NCBI GenBank assembly: GCA_965644265.1
Contig: OZ286462.1
Location: forward strand, 71,672,001 to 71,705,000
Length of the DNA: 33,000 nt
From: Glycera tridactyla
Taxonomy: Eukaryota
Reading direction: 5' to 3'
Below are positions 12,320-23,143 of this stretch, in pieces (the stretch's first letter is position 1; each line of letters begins with the position of its first letter). Below the pieces are notes generated by a model, which saw nothing but the letters and a program-made list of their open reading frames with translations, did not search any database and was not told the DNA's origin. The translations under genes were made by a program, and so were the position numbers.

Positions 12320-12470
12320 TCATCATCGTCGTCGTCGTCATCATCGTCGTCGTCATCATCGTCGTCGTCATCATCGACACCACCACCGCCACCACCGCCA
12401 CCACCACCACCGCCAACACCACCACCACCACCAACACCACACACCATCACCACCACAACCCCCACCACCA
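12320..12470 (+). repeat. compound trinucleotide repeat: (TCA/TCG)19 then (CCA/CCG/ACA)n
   Basis: Read directly; the TCR part has a 15-bp higher-order unit tcatcatcgtcgtcg. Confidence 0.9.
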
Positions 12471-13015
12471 TTGATATTTGTATATTGTAATTTAATGGCT
12501 TGCACAATACATCTTCAAATTGTACTTTGTGAATAATGTGCTGAATGTTTACTTTCCCGGAACCTATTCGGCTTATCAGTACCCGCAATGCCTCAGGTAT
12601 CATAAATGTTTTCTCGATCTGTGAAGAAACAGATGAGTTAGTTTAATTGAATGTTTCGCACTTCAGGCCTTCATGTCTTAGATGTCAACAACTAGGACGG
12701 GGTTCGTATCCACGAATTTATTCAGTAACCACCCTGAATGTCCCATTCAACAGTATAGAATTGGTGTAGACCAGCAAGTGGTGGCTAGCCTACTTCCAGC
12801 ATCATGAATTTTAATTAGTGCGTGGGCGTGAGTAGGCTGTAGCCAAGGGCATGACTCCATCTCTCGTTGTCATGGATACCATCAGACAGAATGAACAGAT
12901 GATTACTGTGTCGTGACATTGAATCGTATTCCATTCATGGAAACCTCCGTCTTTTATTTACACTTGATTTGGAGCCAGCGGCCGTTCAAGTGGTCATATT
13001 TATATTTTCACATAC

Positions 13016-13046
13016 TGAGCTGGGCTCGCTCCTGCTGAATCATCCC
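13016..13046 (-). other. candidate 31-nt spliceosomal micro-exon
   Basis: Minus strand: long pyrimidine tract ...ttccatcttccattttatcAG | GGGATGATTCAGCAGGAGCGAGCCCAGCTCA | GTATGT. Open in two frames (GMIQQERAQL or DDSAGASPA). No partner exons established. Confidence 0.25.
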
Positions 13047-13115
13047 CTGATAAAATGGAAGATGGAAAGTAGTGGAGATGGAAAGTAGTGGATATTATGA
13101 AGTATTCCCCACTTA

Positions 13116-13162
13116 CTCTTCTCTCCTCTCTCTCTCTTTCTCTCTCTCTCCCTCTCTCTCTC
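13116..13162 (+). repeat. (CT)n microsatellite
   Basis: Read directly. Confidence 0.9.
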
Positions 13163-13165
13163 GTT

Positions 13166-13449
13166 GTCTGTCTGTCTGACTGTACATCTGTGAGTCTGCC
13201 TAACATTCTGTCTGTTTGACTGACATTCTTTCTATCAGTCATTCTGACTCATTCTGCTTGTCTGTCATTTTGTCTGTTTATCTGGCATTCTATCTATTAG
13301 TCATACTGTCTGTCTGTCTGTCTGTGTGTCTGTGTGTCTGTCTGTCTGACTGACTGACTGACTGTTTTGATCATGTTTGTTCATCTGACATTCTTTCTGT
13401 TAGTCATTCTGTCTGTCATTTTGTTCGCCTGTCTGTCATTTTGTCAGTC
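13166..13449 (+). repeat. degenerate (TGTC/TGAC)n tract with recurring GTCATTCT/GTCATTTT sub-units
   Basis: Read directly. Confidence 0.8.
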
Positions 13450-14513
13450 GACCGACATAGGCAGGTGGGCAAATGGGAGCGCCCCTGCACCAACCAACCA
13501 ACCAACCCACCAACCAAAAACACAATCAACACGATGCTGTTCAACACAGCCAAGAGCTTCCACTCTCGCACATGCCAAATCACCTTCGGTGAAAGGCGTC
13601 CACATGATGGGTAAAACTTTCTCTCTGCCCACTAGCGCGTGCTTTGGTGTGACATCCTTGCTCGCTTCATGTAGTGGATTCTCATGCTGGACACGTGGTC
13701 CAGGACAAGCCATCTGGGCTCCCTGCAGGCCGCGTAATGGTTCCCAACACCTCTAATGGATTTGTTTGTCTGCAAACGATCGCCATGAGGGCATTTCTAT
13801 TCATACGCTCCGTGTGCCTAACATGTCTCGCTGCCGACCCGCAGAGACACATTCATTTATTAACTTGATGGATTTCGTAATAGCATACACACGTGCATCT
13901 GTAATGTGGATTTTTGTTCGCCTGGAAATATATCTTGAGTGCACTTGAGATATCTGTATCTAGTATGATCTGTCAAACCAGTTCTATCCATACCGGTAAT
14001 TGAGCAAGTGAACCATCATCTGATCATCTCGTTTTGTGTGCCGAAAACCGAGCAGTGCATCTGTTTCAGAAAGTGTCACCGCTCATAAAAGACATTCCTC
14101 TCATATTTGTACGATTAGGCCCTCATGAGATCCCATGACAAGATCACAAAGTGGAATATGCTTTATTTCACTAAATCTCCATCCAACCATGCTTTTGTAC
14201 CACCGATAAACAATGTGTGGAATTTTTTCTGGGCTTACGTCATCTGTGTGAAGGTAGCAAGTAACAATGCTGGTGATGTACGTATGACGTACAGTGAAGA
14301 CGAAGCCCGCCCCTTTATACTCCTTGGGAAAAAATGAAGACATCTTATTGAATCAGCAGTTGGGTGAATGGGGAATCTGCAGGACAGAGGCGGGGCCTGA
14401 GCCGGACACAACTTCAATTGTGATACAGCCTTCCCTAATACCATCGGGCAGAGAATGAGCCAGGCAGCCAATTTGGCTGCTAATTGGGAATTGCCTTCCT
14501 ATAGATTTTTCAG

Positions 14514-14556
14514 GGGCGTCTTGATATAGCCCAGATGGTGCTGATGAGGTTAAAAA
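14514..14556 (+). mobile_element. SINE-like family A 3' end, running into the assembly gap
   Basis: gggcgtcttgatatagcccagatggtgctgatgaggttaaaa. Confidence 0.7.
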
Positions 14557-14559
14557 GAT

Positions 14560-14809
14560 NNNNNNNNNNNNNNNNNNNNNNNNNNNNNNNNNNNNNNNNN
14601 NNNNNNNNNNNNNNNNNNNNNNNNNNNNNNNNNNNNNNNNNNNNNNNNNNNNNNNNNNNNNNNNNNNNNNNNNNNNNNNNNNNNNNNNNNNNNNNNNNNN
14701 NNNNNNNNNNNNNNNNNNNNNNNNNNNNNNNNNNNNNNNNNNNNNNNNNNNNNNNNNNNNNNNNNNNNNNNNNNNNNNNNNNNNNNNNNNNNNNNNNNNN
14801 NNNNNNNNN
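14560..14809. other. assembly gap (250 N)
   Basis: N-run, flanked by a family A tail and a (CT)n tract. Confidence 1.
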
Positions 14810-14814
14810 GTTCT

Positions 14815-14821
<7 letters not shown>

Positions 14822-14854
<33 letters not shown>
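14822..14854 (+). repeat. (CT)n microsatellite
   Basis: Read directly. Confidence 0.9.
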
Positions 14855-14856
<2 letters not shown>

Positions 14857-15340
14857 CCTTGACGCTCTTGTTTGACACACTTGGGATGAAGAATATTTGG
14901 TTGTGGATTTGGTGAATGTTTCTCCCGATTCTCAAACTGAACAGTCTGGAGCTGCGCGTTCAACAAGAAGTATAGCCGTTTGTGCGTTTGTAAAAGTTTT
15001 GTGAAGCTGATTACATTTGTGTGTGAACTCTTGTCATTCTAAACACGTGTCCTCTCACTCGTGGGCCTCGTAGTAGACCTGTGTGCCTCTAATAAATCTG
15101 ATGTTGGAATGGTCGTCATGAGTGAGTTCTCGTTTAGTCTGCGTCTGCTTGTACGACTTGTATGGCCCCGGGTACTCGTTACCACATGTACAACAGGCGA
15201 TGGGAGGGACACGAACGCGCACACGCACACACACGACTTTGTGGTTGTCTTCTCTTCACATTTTGGCCTGAAGACACACCCCGTATAAAGACAAATTGGG
15301 AGTATTCAGACAAACTTTAATCATATGCATGTGAGTATGG

Positions 15341-15509
15341 GGGTCTATCCCTGCATGCACATAAAACACCACCGCTGTTTTCCGCATGGAGTAGGGGATT
15401 ACCCATGACAGTCGTGCGTCCTTTCTTCAGCATTTTCAGATTTTTGTCCGATATGACCCAAGTAGGTTAGTAGGACGCTAAACCCTAACTGACAAACAAA
15501 CAAACAAAC
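15341..15509 (+). mobile_element. second SINE family (V-domain-like), diverged copy with (CAAA)n tail
   Basis: Paralogous to 8485-8642; ends ggacgctaaaccctaactgacaaacaaacaaacaaac. Confidence 0.65.
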
Positions 15510-15934
15510 TGTTGCCATGTGAGTAAGTGCTTCTGCATTTTTCTGCTGATATGAATTTTAACCCCGAAGCCTGGCCAGAGATGGGCGCATATTAGTGACC
15601 AGAAATTGATATAGAAAAAGACTATTTACATTCAGCCAGCAGATCTTGAATTCAAGCTGCTCAAGGACTGCTCACTCACGCCACGAACCCCCTCCCCCAA
15701 ACAAGGGCTGTAGATCATCCTCGCGAGACAACTCCCAGCATCCCCTGACATCACCCCTATCTCTCCCCGACTGAACTGTCCTACAGTCAGCAATAAGTCA
15801 CAACAATTTACATCCAAGCCATTGAATGTGAACACGAGAAGTGCATCAGTGATGTATTATCTACCCTTACATAAAAATGCAACCCTACATTCCCGCCTGC
15901 CTTTCCAGATGAGTCAGGAATAAGACCTATGCTA

Positions 15935-15993
15935 TCTGTGAATATTCGCTTCCCATTTACAGACCATTCTTTTGGCGTCTCGATATAGCCCAG
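15935..15993 (+). mobile_element. SINE-like family A, internally deleted copy
   Basis: tctgtgaatattcgcttccc joined to ggcgtctcgatatagcccag. Confidence 0.6.
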
Positions 15994-17858
15994 GTCTCAC
16001 TTGACAAGACAGAAAACGACCGATCAATTTGTCGGAACCCATGATCGTCATCAACTGTATAGAAACCAATATTGATGATAGGCCCAGCGACTTACATATT
16101 CGGGCATGCACTTGGTCATTTATTTAGCATGTAGAGGTATGTCTGAAATGCCATCTACTTCCACGTGACGTTTTGGTTCCCCATCATCTTGTGTTAGCGT
16201 ATAGATGGCGTACTCAATCATTTCGTTGGGACGTATCCAACGTGTTACGTGTCATTGAGCTCCCAACAACCAACCATCAACCAACCAACCATCCAACCAT
16301 CCATCTGTGCCAAGGTCTGAAATATACTGAACCTGTTCGGTTCATTATTCGAATCACACAATACTCTTATACTATTCTAATGAATATCTAGAAATCATTC
16401 ACCTTATTCATTTTATTCATGCACTTATCGCACTCACTGTCTTCCATAACTTGAAACTCTCTGGCTCGAAGGCCAAGTAATGCATTGTTCTCCCAACATC
16501 AATTTCTTACCAGGGATGCCTGGAAACATGGCTGATCAGAAACGGGCGTACATTCATCGTGCCAGTGACCAGAAATTCTAATATAGATCAATCATTCTCC
16601 TCTTTTAGAGTTACATTTTATTGAGTATATTCGATTCTGTTTGAGGCGACGATGATATTCGAGGGGTGGATCACCCGTAGCCAAACCTTAGGAATACTTC
16701 AAATCCCCAGCTCTAACACATTGGGCGGTGACATTAGGCTGGAACGAAGGGGTACAAAAGCGTACAGAGGATCACTGAAATTTATCAAAGCTATGACCAG
16801 GCTACATGTGTTCAAACCACGTCTGGATGAAAGCGCAATTGCAAGCGTAATTTTCATGTTGACAATTATTGCATATATTTTTTTTTTCCGGAGCAATATA
16901 TATGTGATATCATGATCATGGTTTCTTCTGAACATGGTTCGTGCATATACGTTTAGTGCTATTTTTTGAAATGAGATAGTGTGATTGTCTGATCTTCACC
17001 CATGATGTTGTTGAAGCGTTTTTGACATGGAATCTACATACAGCCCGAACAGACGCCAGTGGACCCAATGGAGACGAATTGCCATCTGTATGAAGTACAC
17101 ATGTACTATGCGCTACTAGAACTTGATACAATGAGCCAGCAATGCGTGAACCCCCATTCTAATCGACACAAAAGCAGCACTAAATATGAATGCAGGCACA
17201 TGGGCTAGCAGCTAATTGAATCCGCCGTGGCTACAGAGGAATGGAATAATACACGACGACGGTGAATTCACATTTCTGTCCAGTTTAGCAGTGCAATATT
17301 CATTGGAACCTGCTCGAGAAAACCTCGATACAAGGGTCACCCGCCGACAACTCTTTACAGAGGTCATGTGCCCACATGAACCACTCCAATGCGACCAAGG
17401 CATGAGAATCATGGTCAGCAAAATACAAGAAATCCTTATTGATCCATCACAGATACAGAGAACCATTAGTAACTTTTCAGACCAATGACTTCAAACTCGG
17501 AATTCCGGTAATCTATAATTCTTGTAGTCATGCGTAGAGTTAGTGTGTAGAAGGGGATCTGGCAAGGAAGACTGTGTGCCTCTCTTGAGATGTGTACCAT
17601 GCCCTCTTTTAACCAATCAAAGGAGTCACAATGTTAAAGGAAGCAGCGTAGGTTGTTCCGAAGTACATGTGGTAGCAACTCCTCATCATATAGCAGTCGT
17701 TTGAAGTGAGAGTCACCGAGGATGTATGTGTATGCATGTGTACTACACGAGCGTGAATAGGCTGTGAGACTATAATCCATCGAAGCACATATGTAGCTCA
17801 TTTACTGTGTCTTTGATCATTCGAGCGACCTTCTGTTGATTTCTCGGCTTCAGAAAAA

Positions 17859-17916
17859 TGTGACCCTACTGAGGCAATACCATATGCGACCCTATTGAGA
17901 AAACCCATATGTGACC
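17859..17916 (+). repeat. imperfect 25-26-bp tandem repeat (about 2.3 units)
   Basis: tgtgaccctactgaggcaataccata / tgcgaccctattgagaaaacccata / tgtgacc. Confidence 0.7.
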
Positions 17917-18715
17917 GTGTGTCATATGTTTGGCCGGTGGCTAGGGCTCGGGTCCTCTGAGCAACCTCCTGACACATGTGACTCTGCTGAGACGATCCCC
18001 AAACATGCTGACAAAGTTGTTCGAGAAATCTCGTCGTTGGTATCATCCAAACTAGTGAACAAGATACGTGTAGACACCAAAGATTCCGGTGCCATTTGTA
18101 TCTTCAATATGAAAGTGCAAAATCTATTGACAAAGCTTATTTAGAATATATGCTCATGTATGCATAGCTTGAGTAGCAATTTCCTTTATCCAATGCAATC
18201 TTCAATTCTCCCTCCCCAAAACATCAAATTGGATATGGTCCAGCCTACTCGAATTCCACGCATTCTTGTCTTTATACCACAGATAGATCATGTGTGAGCA
18301 GTTTTCGCAGGCCTGCCAGAGCTAGTGCTCCAGTACCTGTCGCCAATGACGGGAATATGAATACAATAACTAGTGTCCTTTCTGGTAGGCTGGCTGGATT
18401 TGAAGAAACCAACATAAATGGAGAGACAAAGAAATATATGTGAACTTTTTCAGGGATATATGACTGAGCAATTTCTCCAATGTGCGCCTTGGCGTCCTTG
18501 TTCAGACCCCACTGCTGTTCTGTCTCAAGTCTAGGTTGCCCGTCTTCCTGTGTTCAGGGTTTGTGAGAGTGATGTTTGCAGGGAAAAGAACATCTAGCTG
18601 TCATTGACCCGGAATACACCGCATACATAATCCTGTCGGATGATACATGCCGTTAAACCTCGAACAAAAATATCTATCTCTTTGAAGATCTGCTGGTGCT
18701 CATGATACTGTCACC

Positions 18716-18850
18716 GACCATCCAACCAATCAACCTAGTAGCAGCCCAACCATCATGGAAACCAACCAACTTATCAACCAACCAACGAGCAGACAAACCA
18801 ACTGACAAACGAACGAATGAAACAACCAACCAACTAACCGACCCAATTGA
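18716..18850 (+). repeat. degenerate (CAAC)n tract
   Basis: Read directly. Confidence 0.75.
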
Positions 18851-19130
18851 TACAAATACTCGGTAACCAATCAGTGAAATACGAATGTGTGCTGAGATCA
18901 AAATACCACAGACCCGAATAATCCGTGATGAATCTTAAAAATAATAATGCGCTGAGATCTGATTGCTACCGTTTCGATTATTTGGCAACGTATCATGTCC
19001 TCGAGTTGTAACCAAATATCAGGACAATTACTATTACCGTTTTACTGCTTAATTGGATGAAATATGCACCATGTCAAGATGGTTCACTCTTTCATTGATA
19101 TTGAGAGTTACACTGCCAGATAAGTGTTCA

Positions 19131-19278
19131 NNNNNNNNNNNNNNNNNNNNNNNNNNNNNNNNNNNNNNNNNNNNNNNNNNNNNNNNNNNNNNNNNNNNNN
19201 NNNNNNNNNNNNNNNNNNNNNNNNNNNNNNNNNNNNNNNNNNNNNNNNNNNNNNNNNNNNNNNNNNNNNNNNNNNNNN
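19131..19278. other. assembly gap (148 N)
   Basis: N-run. Confidence 1.
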
Positions 19279-20553
19279 ATATTCATGTTGATATTGCATC
19301 AATTCTGTATATGCTGTGTTGAATGTGAACTTAACGTGGGAAGATATGGTCCCCGAGCTCTCTCTCGGTGAGTCTAGATGAAGTTTTCAAGTTCGAGATA
19401 ATGCGTCTGAAATACACCCCCTTAGATGGATCAATTTGTTGAAGCCTTGAAATATTTCTTGAATGTTCAATGGAGCGAGGGGGCAATATAATCGGGTGCA
19501 CCTATTCACATGTGAGATCAGAGATGTGTTACTGGTTTCACGAAATTCTGGCGAATCCAATCTGGTCTGCTGCGGCTGCTAGCACATTTTGCTGCATACG
19601 TCAATTTCAATCTCAGTTTGATTGGAAAGCGACTGCAGGACGTCATTCATTTTGGATATTACCAAAGGATACGCGACCTGCATCCACAATGTAGTAATGC
19701 CTCCGCTGAGCCATTTCGTTGAAAGAGCATGTTTCTTCCACACCTTGCTCAATGCCATCCTATTTTTCATCACCAAATTCTTCTTCCGACATCATTGATA
19801 CTGATGCCGCAGGGATAGGTGGTCATTGTAGCCTGTTTATCCCTATGATGTGATGGTCTATAGCATGAACTGTCTTTTGTCAGTGGCCTATGTAGCGGCA
19901 GGTCTTTAGGGAGAGGTGTAGCCATGTGGAACAAGAACGAAGTACAATGTGTGTGATCTAGATTCTTCCAAGAATGACCATGAGGTCATACTTCTTCCAA
20001 TTAACAGAACATTCCTGAATGATTTCCATACGTGAATTTTACCTCAATGACAATATAAAGATTTGGTTGTCGCACAGAGCACGTTTCTCTCAACTTTTAC
20101 CTTATCTGTTGAATGAAATGCAATAGTTTCTCACAGTTCAGTTAATTGTAAAAAATTCACGTAGTGAAAATTTTATATGTACTGTACACTATAACGGAAA
20201 ATATGCCCAGGAAGCAAAATTCCGACCGAAGAATCGAGGGATACAAAATCTCAGCCTCAGTATCGGAGTCACTCTTGAAGGAAGATGACAAAATTACACA
20301 TAGGTACACACCAGATCGACCAGGAGATCATTGGAAAAATGAGGTGGATAAATCAGCGATCTTAGATTATGTGGGGCGACCTACAACCGCATGATGAACT
20401 GCGGAAACATTGAGGTGATTACCCATGAGAAGAAAGTGCCCTCACTCAGATCACAGCACCAAACCTGACCTGAGACGGAGAGGTCAACGATCTCTAAAAT
20501 TATAAGAGCACGCCCTCCTTTGACGCAGCAAGGGGTGCATCAATCAAATAGCA

Positions 20554-20611
20554 GTTGGATTGGTTGGTTGTTTTTTGTCCCGCGAGTACCATCTGGGCTA
20601 TATTGAGACGC
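20554..20611 (-). mobile_element. SINE-like family A 3' fragment
   Basis: gttggattggttggttg...accatctgggctatattgagacgc. Confidence 0.65.
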
Positions 20612-20649
20612 AAATGTAATCAGTACGGATACAAGGCATCCAATACTCC

Positions 20650-20732
20650 TTCCGGTTCCTAATCTAAGAAATTTCCGGTTCCAAATTGAGGAAACTTACC
20701 GTAACAGCGGACTGTTTTGAAGAAGATGGCTG
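20650..20732. promoter_or_regulatory. paired ETS-like TTCCGGTTCC motifs plus YY1-like AAGATGGC
   Basis: ttccggttcc at 20650-20659 and 20673-20682; AAGATGGC at 20723-20730. Motif match only. Confidence 0.3.
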
Positions 20733-20733
20733 A

Positions 20734-20898
20734 CATTCGTCGGAACTGTCAGCTACATTCGGTAATCATTCGTCGAAACTGTCAGCTACATTCGGTAATC
20801 ATTCGTCAAAACTGTCAGCTACATTCGGTAATCATTCGTCGAAACTGTCAGCTACATTCGGTAATCATTCGTCAGAACTGTCAGCTACATTCGGTAAT
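20734..20898. repeat. 33-bp minisatellite, 5 complete units
   Basis: Unit cattcgtcRRaactgtcagctacattcggtaat; 31 of 33 positions are invariant; RR = GG, GA, AA, GA, AG. Confidence 0.97.
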
Positions 20899-21395
20899 CC
20901 TTGGACTGTTCTTTTTGTAGTCGAATGCACTGACCTGCCGAGGTTCTTCAGAAGTGCCATCTGCTTGTTAATGCCGAATGATCTATTCTAGCCATGGTCA
21001 GCAAAATTTGGACGCCGAGATAGGAAAAATAGTTCAGTCATCCGCATGAGGAAAAGAAAACAATTCCAACCCAAGAGTTATTGTGAGCGGATGGAATAAG
21101 ATCTAGACTGAAAAGTTTCAACTTTCATACTCAAGATATATGTTGTTCCCTGAACATGCAAGATAGAGTTTCTTCCTGTAATCTTGCGAAAGGTAATTAG
21201 GTAAAGCATTCTCATTCACAACAAATCCAACAAAAACTGATAAAACAAAGTGCACACTAAAACCGAGACAGACAAGCTATACACCGGTCATATCTTTTCC
21301 ACAGTTTGAGCATTGTCTATGCTATATATTTGAGAAAAGAACCATTTCTTCGGTGTCATACAATCCGGACTGTGCTGTAGATATATCAGCTCTAG

Positions 21396-21433
<38 letters not shown>

Positions 21434-21455
21434 CATCCATCCATCGATCGATCGA
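21396..21455 (+). repeat. compound microsatellite (TCAA)9(TCCA)3(TCGA)3
   Basis: Units counted directly. Confidence 0.95.
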
Positions 21456-21512
21456 TAAATCATCCCATCCATCGATAAATCAATCGATCAATTTATAAAT
21501 CAACTCCATTAG

Positions 21513-21654
21513 GGTGGTGGTTGGTTGATTAACTGCTCCGGGAGCATTAGCTTAGATATATCGAGACGCCCATGCAACCATTTTAGACTCCGCATCAGGG
21601 CCCCAACGGGAAGCGAAATGATAAAATTCACAGACATTCAAGGTGACGTCTCTG
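21513..21654 (-). mobile_element. SINE-like family A copy
   Basis: tatatcgagacgcccatgcaa...agactccgcatcagggccccaacgggaagcgaaatgataaaattcacagacattcaaggtgacgtctctg. Confidence 0.75.
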
Positions 21655-22622
21655 ACTTGATATATTGATGGGTTTCCTATTCAGTCCGTATCCTCACACA
21701 ATGAACATGGAAACTTCCGGTAGCTACATAGGCGAAGGATGGAATCCATGGCAGGCTAGTGGTAAATGTAGCGGATGATTTATGGAGACAGTGGGCTCAG
21801 CCAGCGACTGTAGTCACATCAGATTTGATGCTTCAGTACACACGGCTGGGCAGCCAAACATAGCCACCATATGACTGTCAACACACATGCATGTCCAAGT
21901 GCCAGCTATCACATCACAACGAGTGATATCTCTAAATGCACGGAAAGCAAGGCTCATTTGGCAGCAGCTATCTGAAATGACAATCGAAACTGTGAATGTA
22001 TCGGTAGTGTCTCGACACAAGATCCATATATGAAGCTACTGTTGAGGCCAATCTTTGGATGAGTCACTGTGAGAAAGGCGTGAGAACAGCTTGCTTCTAT
22101 ATATACAAGGACATGAGAATGCGGACTACCGAAAAGGTCTGGGCTTCGAGTATTGCACTCCTAACATATGGGAACATGCATGAACTACACACCACCAGGA
22201 CCGCTTTATGGTGTGAACAAGTGCACATCTGGGATATGAGAACAATGGTCCTTGCTTAGCAATGGGACTATACCAAGTTAGAATGAACCATTTACAAAAA
22301 TACCCTCACCTAAAAAATGCTCAAAATCCTACCACGGGTAGATGTCTGAGCCATACCAAGGTTAGTCCACTTATTCAGCAACAACCATCAGATGCACTGG
22401 GAAGATCAGGGCATTTCAGGCTCTGCCAGTGCTACTGAGCTGAAATAGAATCTCCCAGTCAAAACAAACAAACAGACAAAGAAATGAGCCCGAATATATG
22501 TCGAATCATACCTCGATTGCCTGTGTTCTTTATGAGATTCCATCTTCAATCAGGGGACCAGGCAGAGCGATCTCAAATGATTGCATACCATGCTCATTGC
22601 ATGGGCGTTTTATTATGGCACG

Positions 22623-22795
22623 TGGTTGATTGGTTGTCTGGGTGATGATTTCACGTCTCGTTAGCACCATCTGAGCTATATTGAGACACCTACATGCATT
22701 AATAGGTGTGGTTGGGATCATTCAAGACCCCTCCTTCAGGGCAATCACAGAAGATGAAAATATATGAAATTCTCAGACACTCAATGTCATTCCTG
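22623..22795 (-). mobile_element. SINE-like family A, most complete copy
   Basis: Contains every family block in order, from CAGGAATGACATTGAGTGTCTGAG through GGTCTTGAATGATCCC and CTCAATATAGCTCAGATGGTGCT to a CAACC tail. Confidence 0.8.
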
Positions 22796-22981
22796 CACCA
22801 ATATGGCACTGGAGTGACATTGGACCACAATCGATCAAACTGAAATCACATGATATACCCTTGTCCGGGAATGACATGCAGGTTGTCAGGCAATTCCATT
22901 ATGTATACTATCCATATCAAACCCTGAGGAAGAAATCGTGACTTCTCCCATATATGACATTTGTGTGGAAGTCCCAATATT

Positions 22982-23143
22982 GGTCGAATTAAACTAATGG
23001 ACACTTGGTCACATCAAGAAGTGATCTTTGCAAACAGGTTGGTTTTATAATGAGATCATCGACTGTAGGAAATGCCATCACGTTCGTCGCTCAGGGTGGT
23101 CATTGTAGACAGATATTCTTTCTTCAGATGTGATTCGACTGTA
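22982..23143. mobile_element. Tc1/mariner (pogo/Tigger-like) MITE family B, degenerate copy
   Basis: ggtcacatcaagaagtgatcttt and ggaaatgccatcacgttcgtcgctcagggtggtc match 31642-31777; right end ttcgactg followed by TA. Left end uncertain. Confidence 0.6.

Noticed and set aside
14353-14966. Long ORFs (126-175 aa) across 14.3-15.0 kb
   Set aside because: They are open only because they cross the 250-N gap and the (CT)n tract.
19053-19322. ORFs 19053-19322 and 19108-19302
   Set aside because: They span the 148-N gap.
20734-20898. CRISPR array or diversity-generating retroelement repeat
   Set aside because: Units are head-to-tail with no spacers; there are no cas or reverse transcriptase genes and the context is eukaryotic. 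It is a minisatellite.
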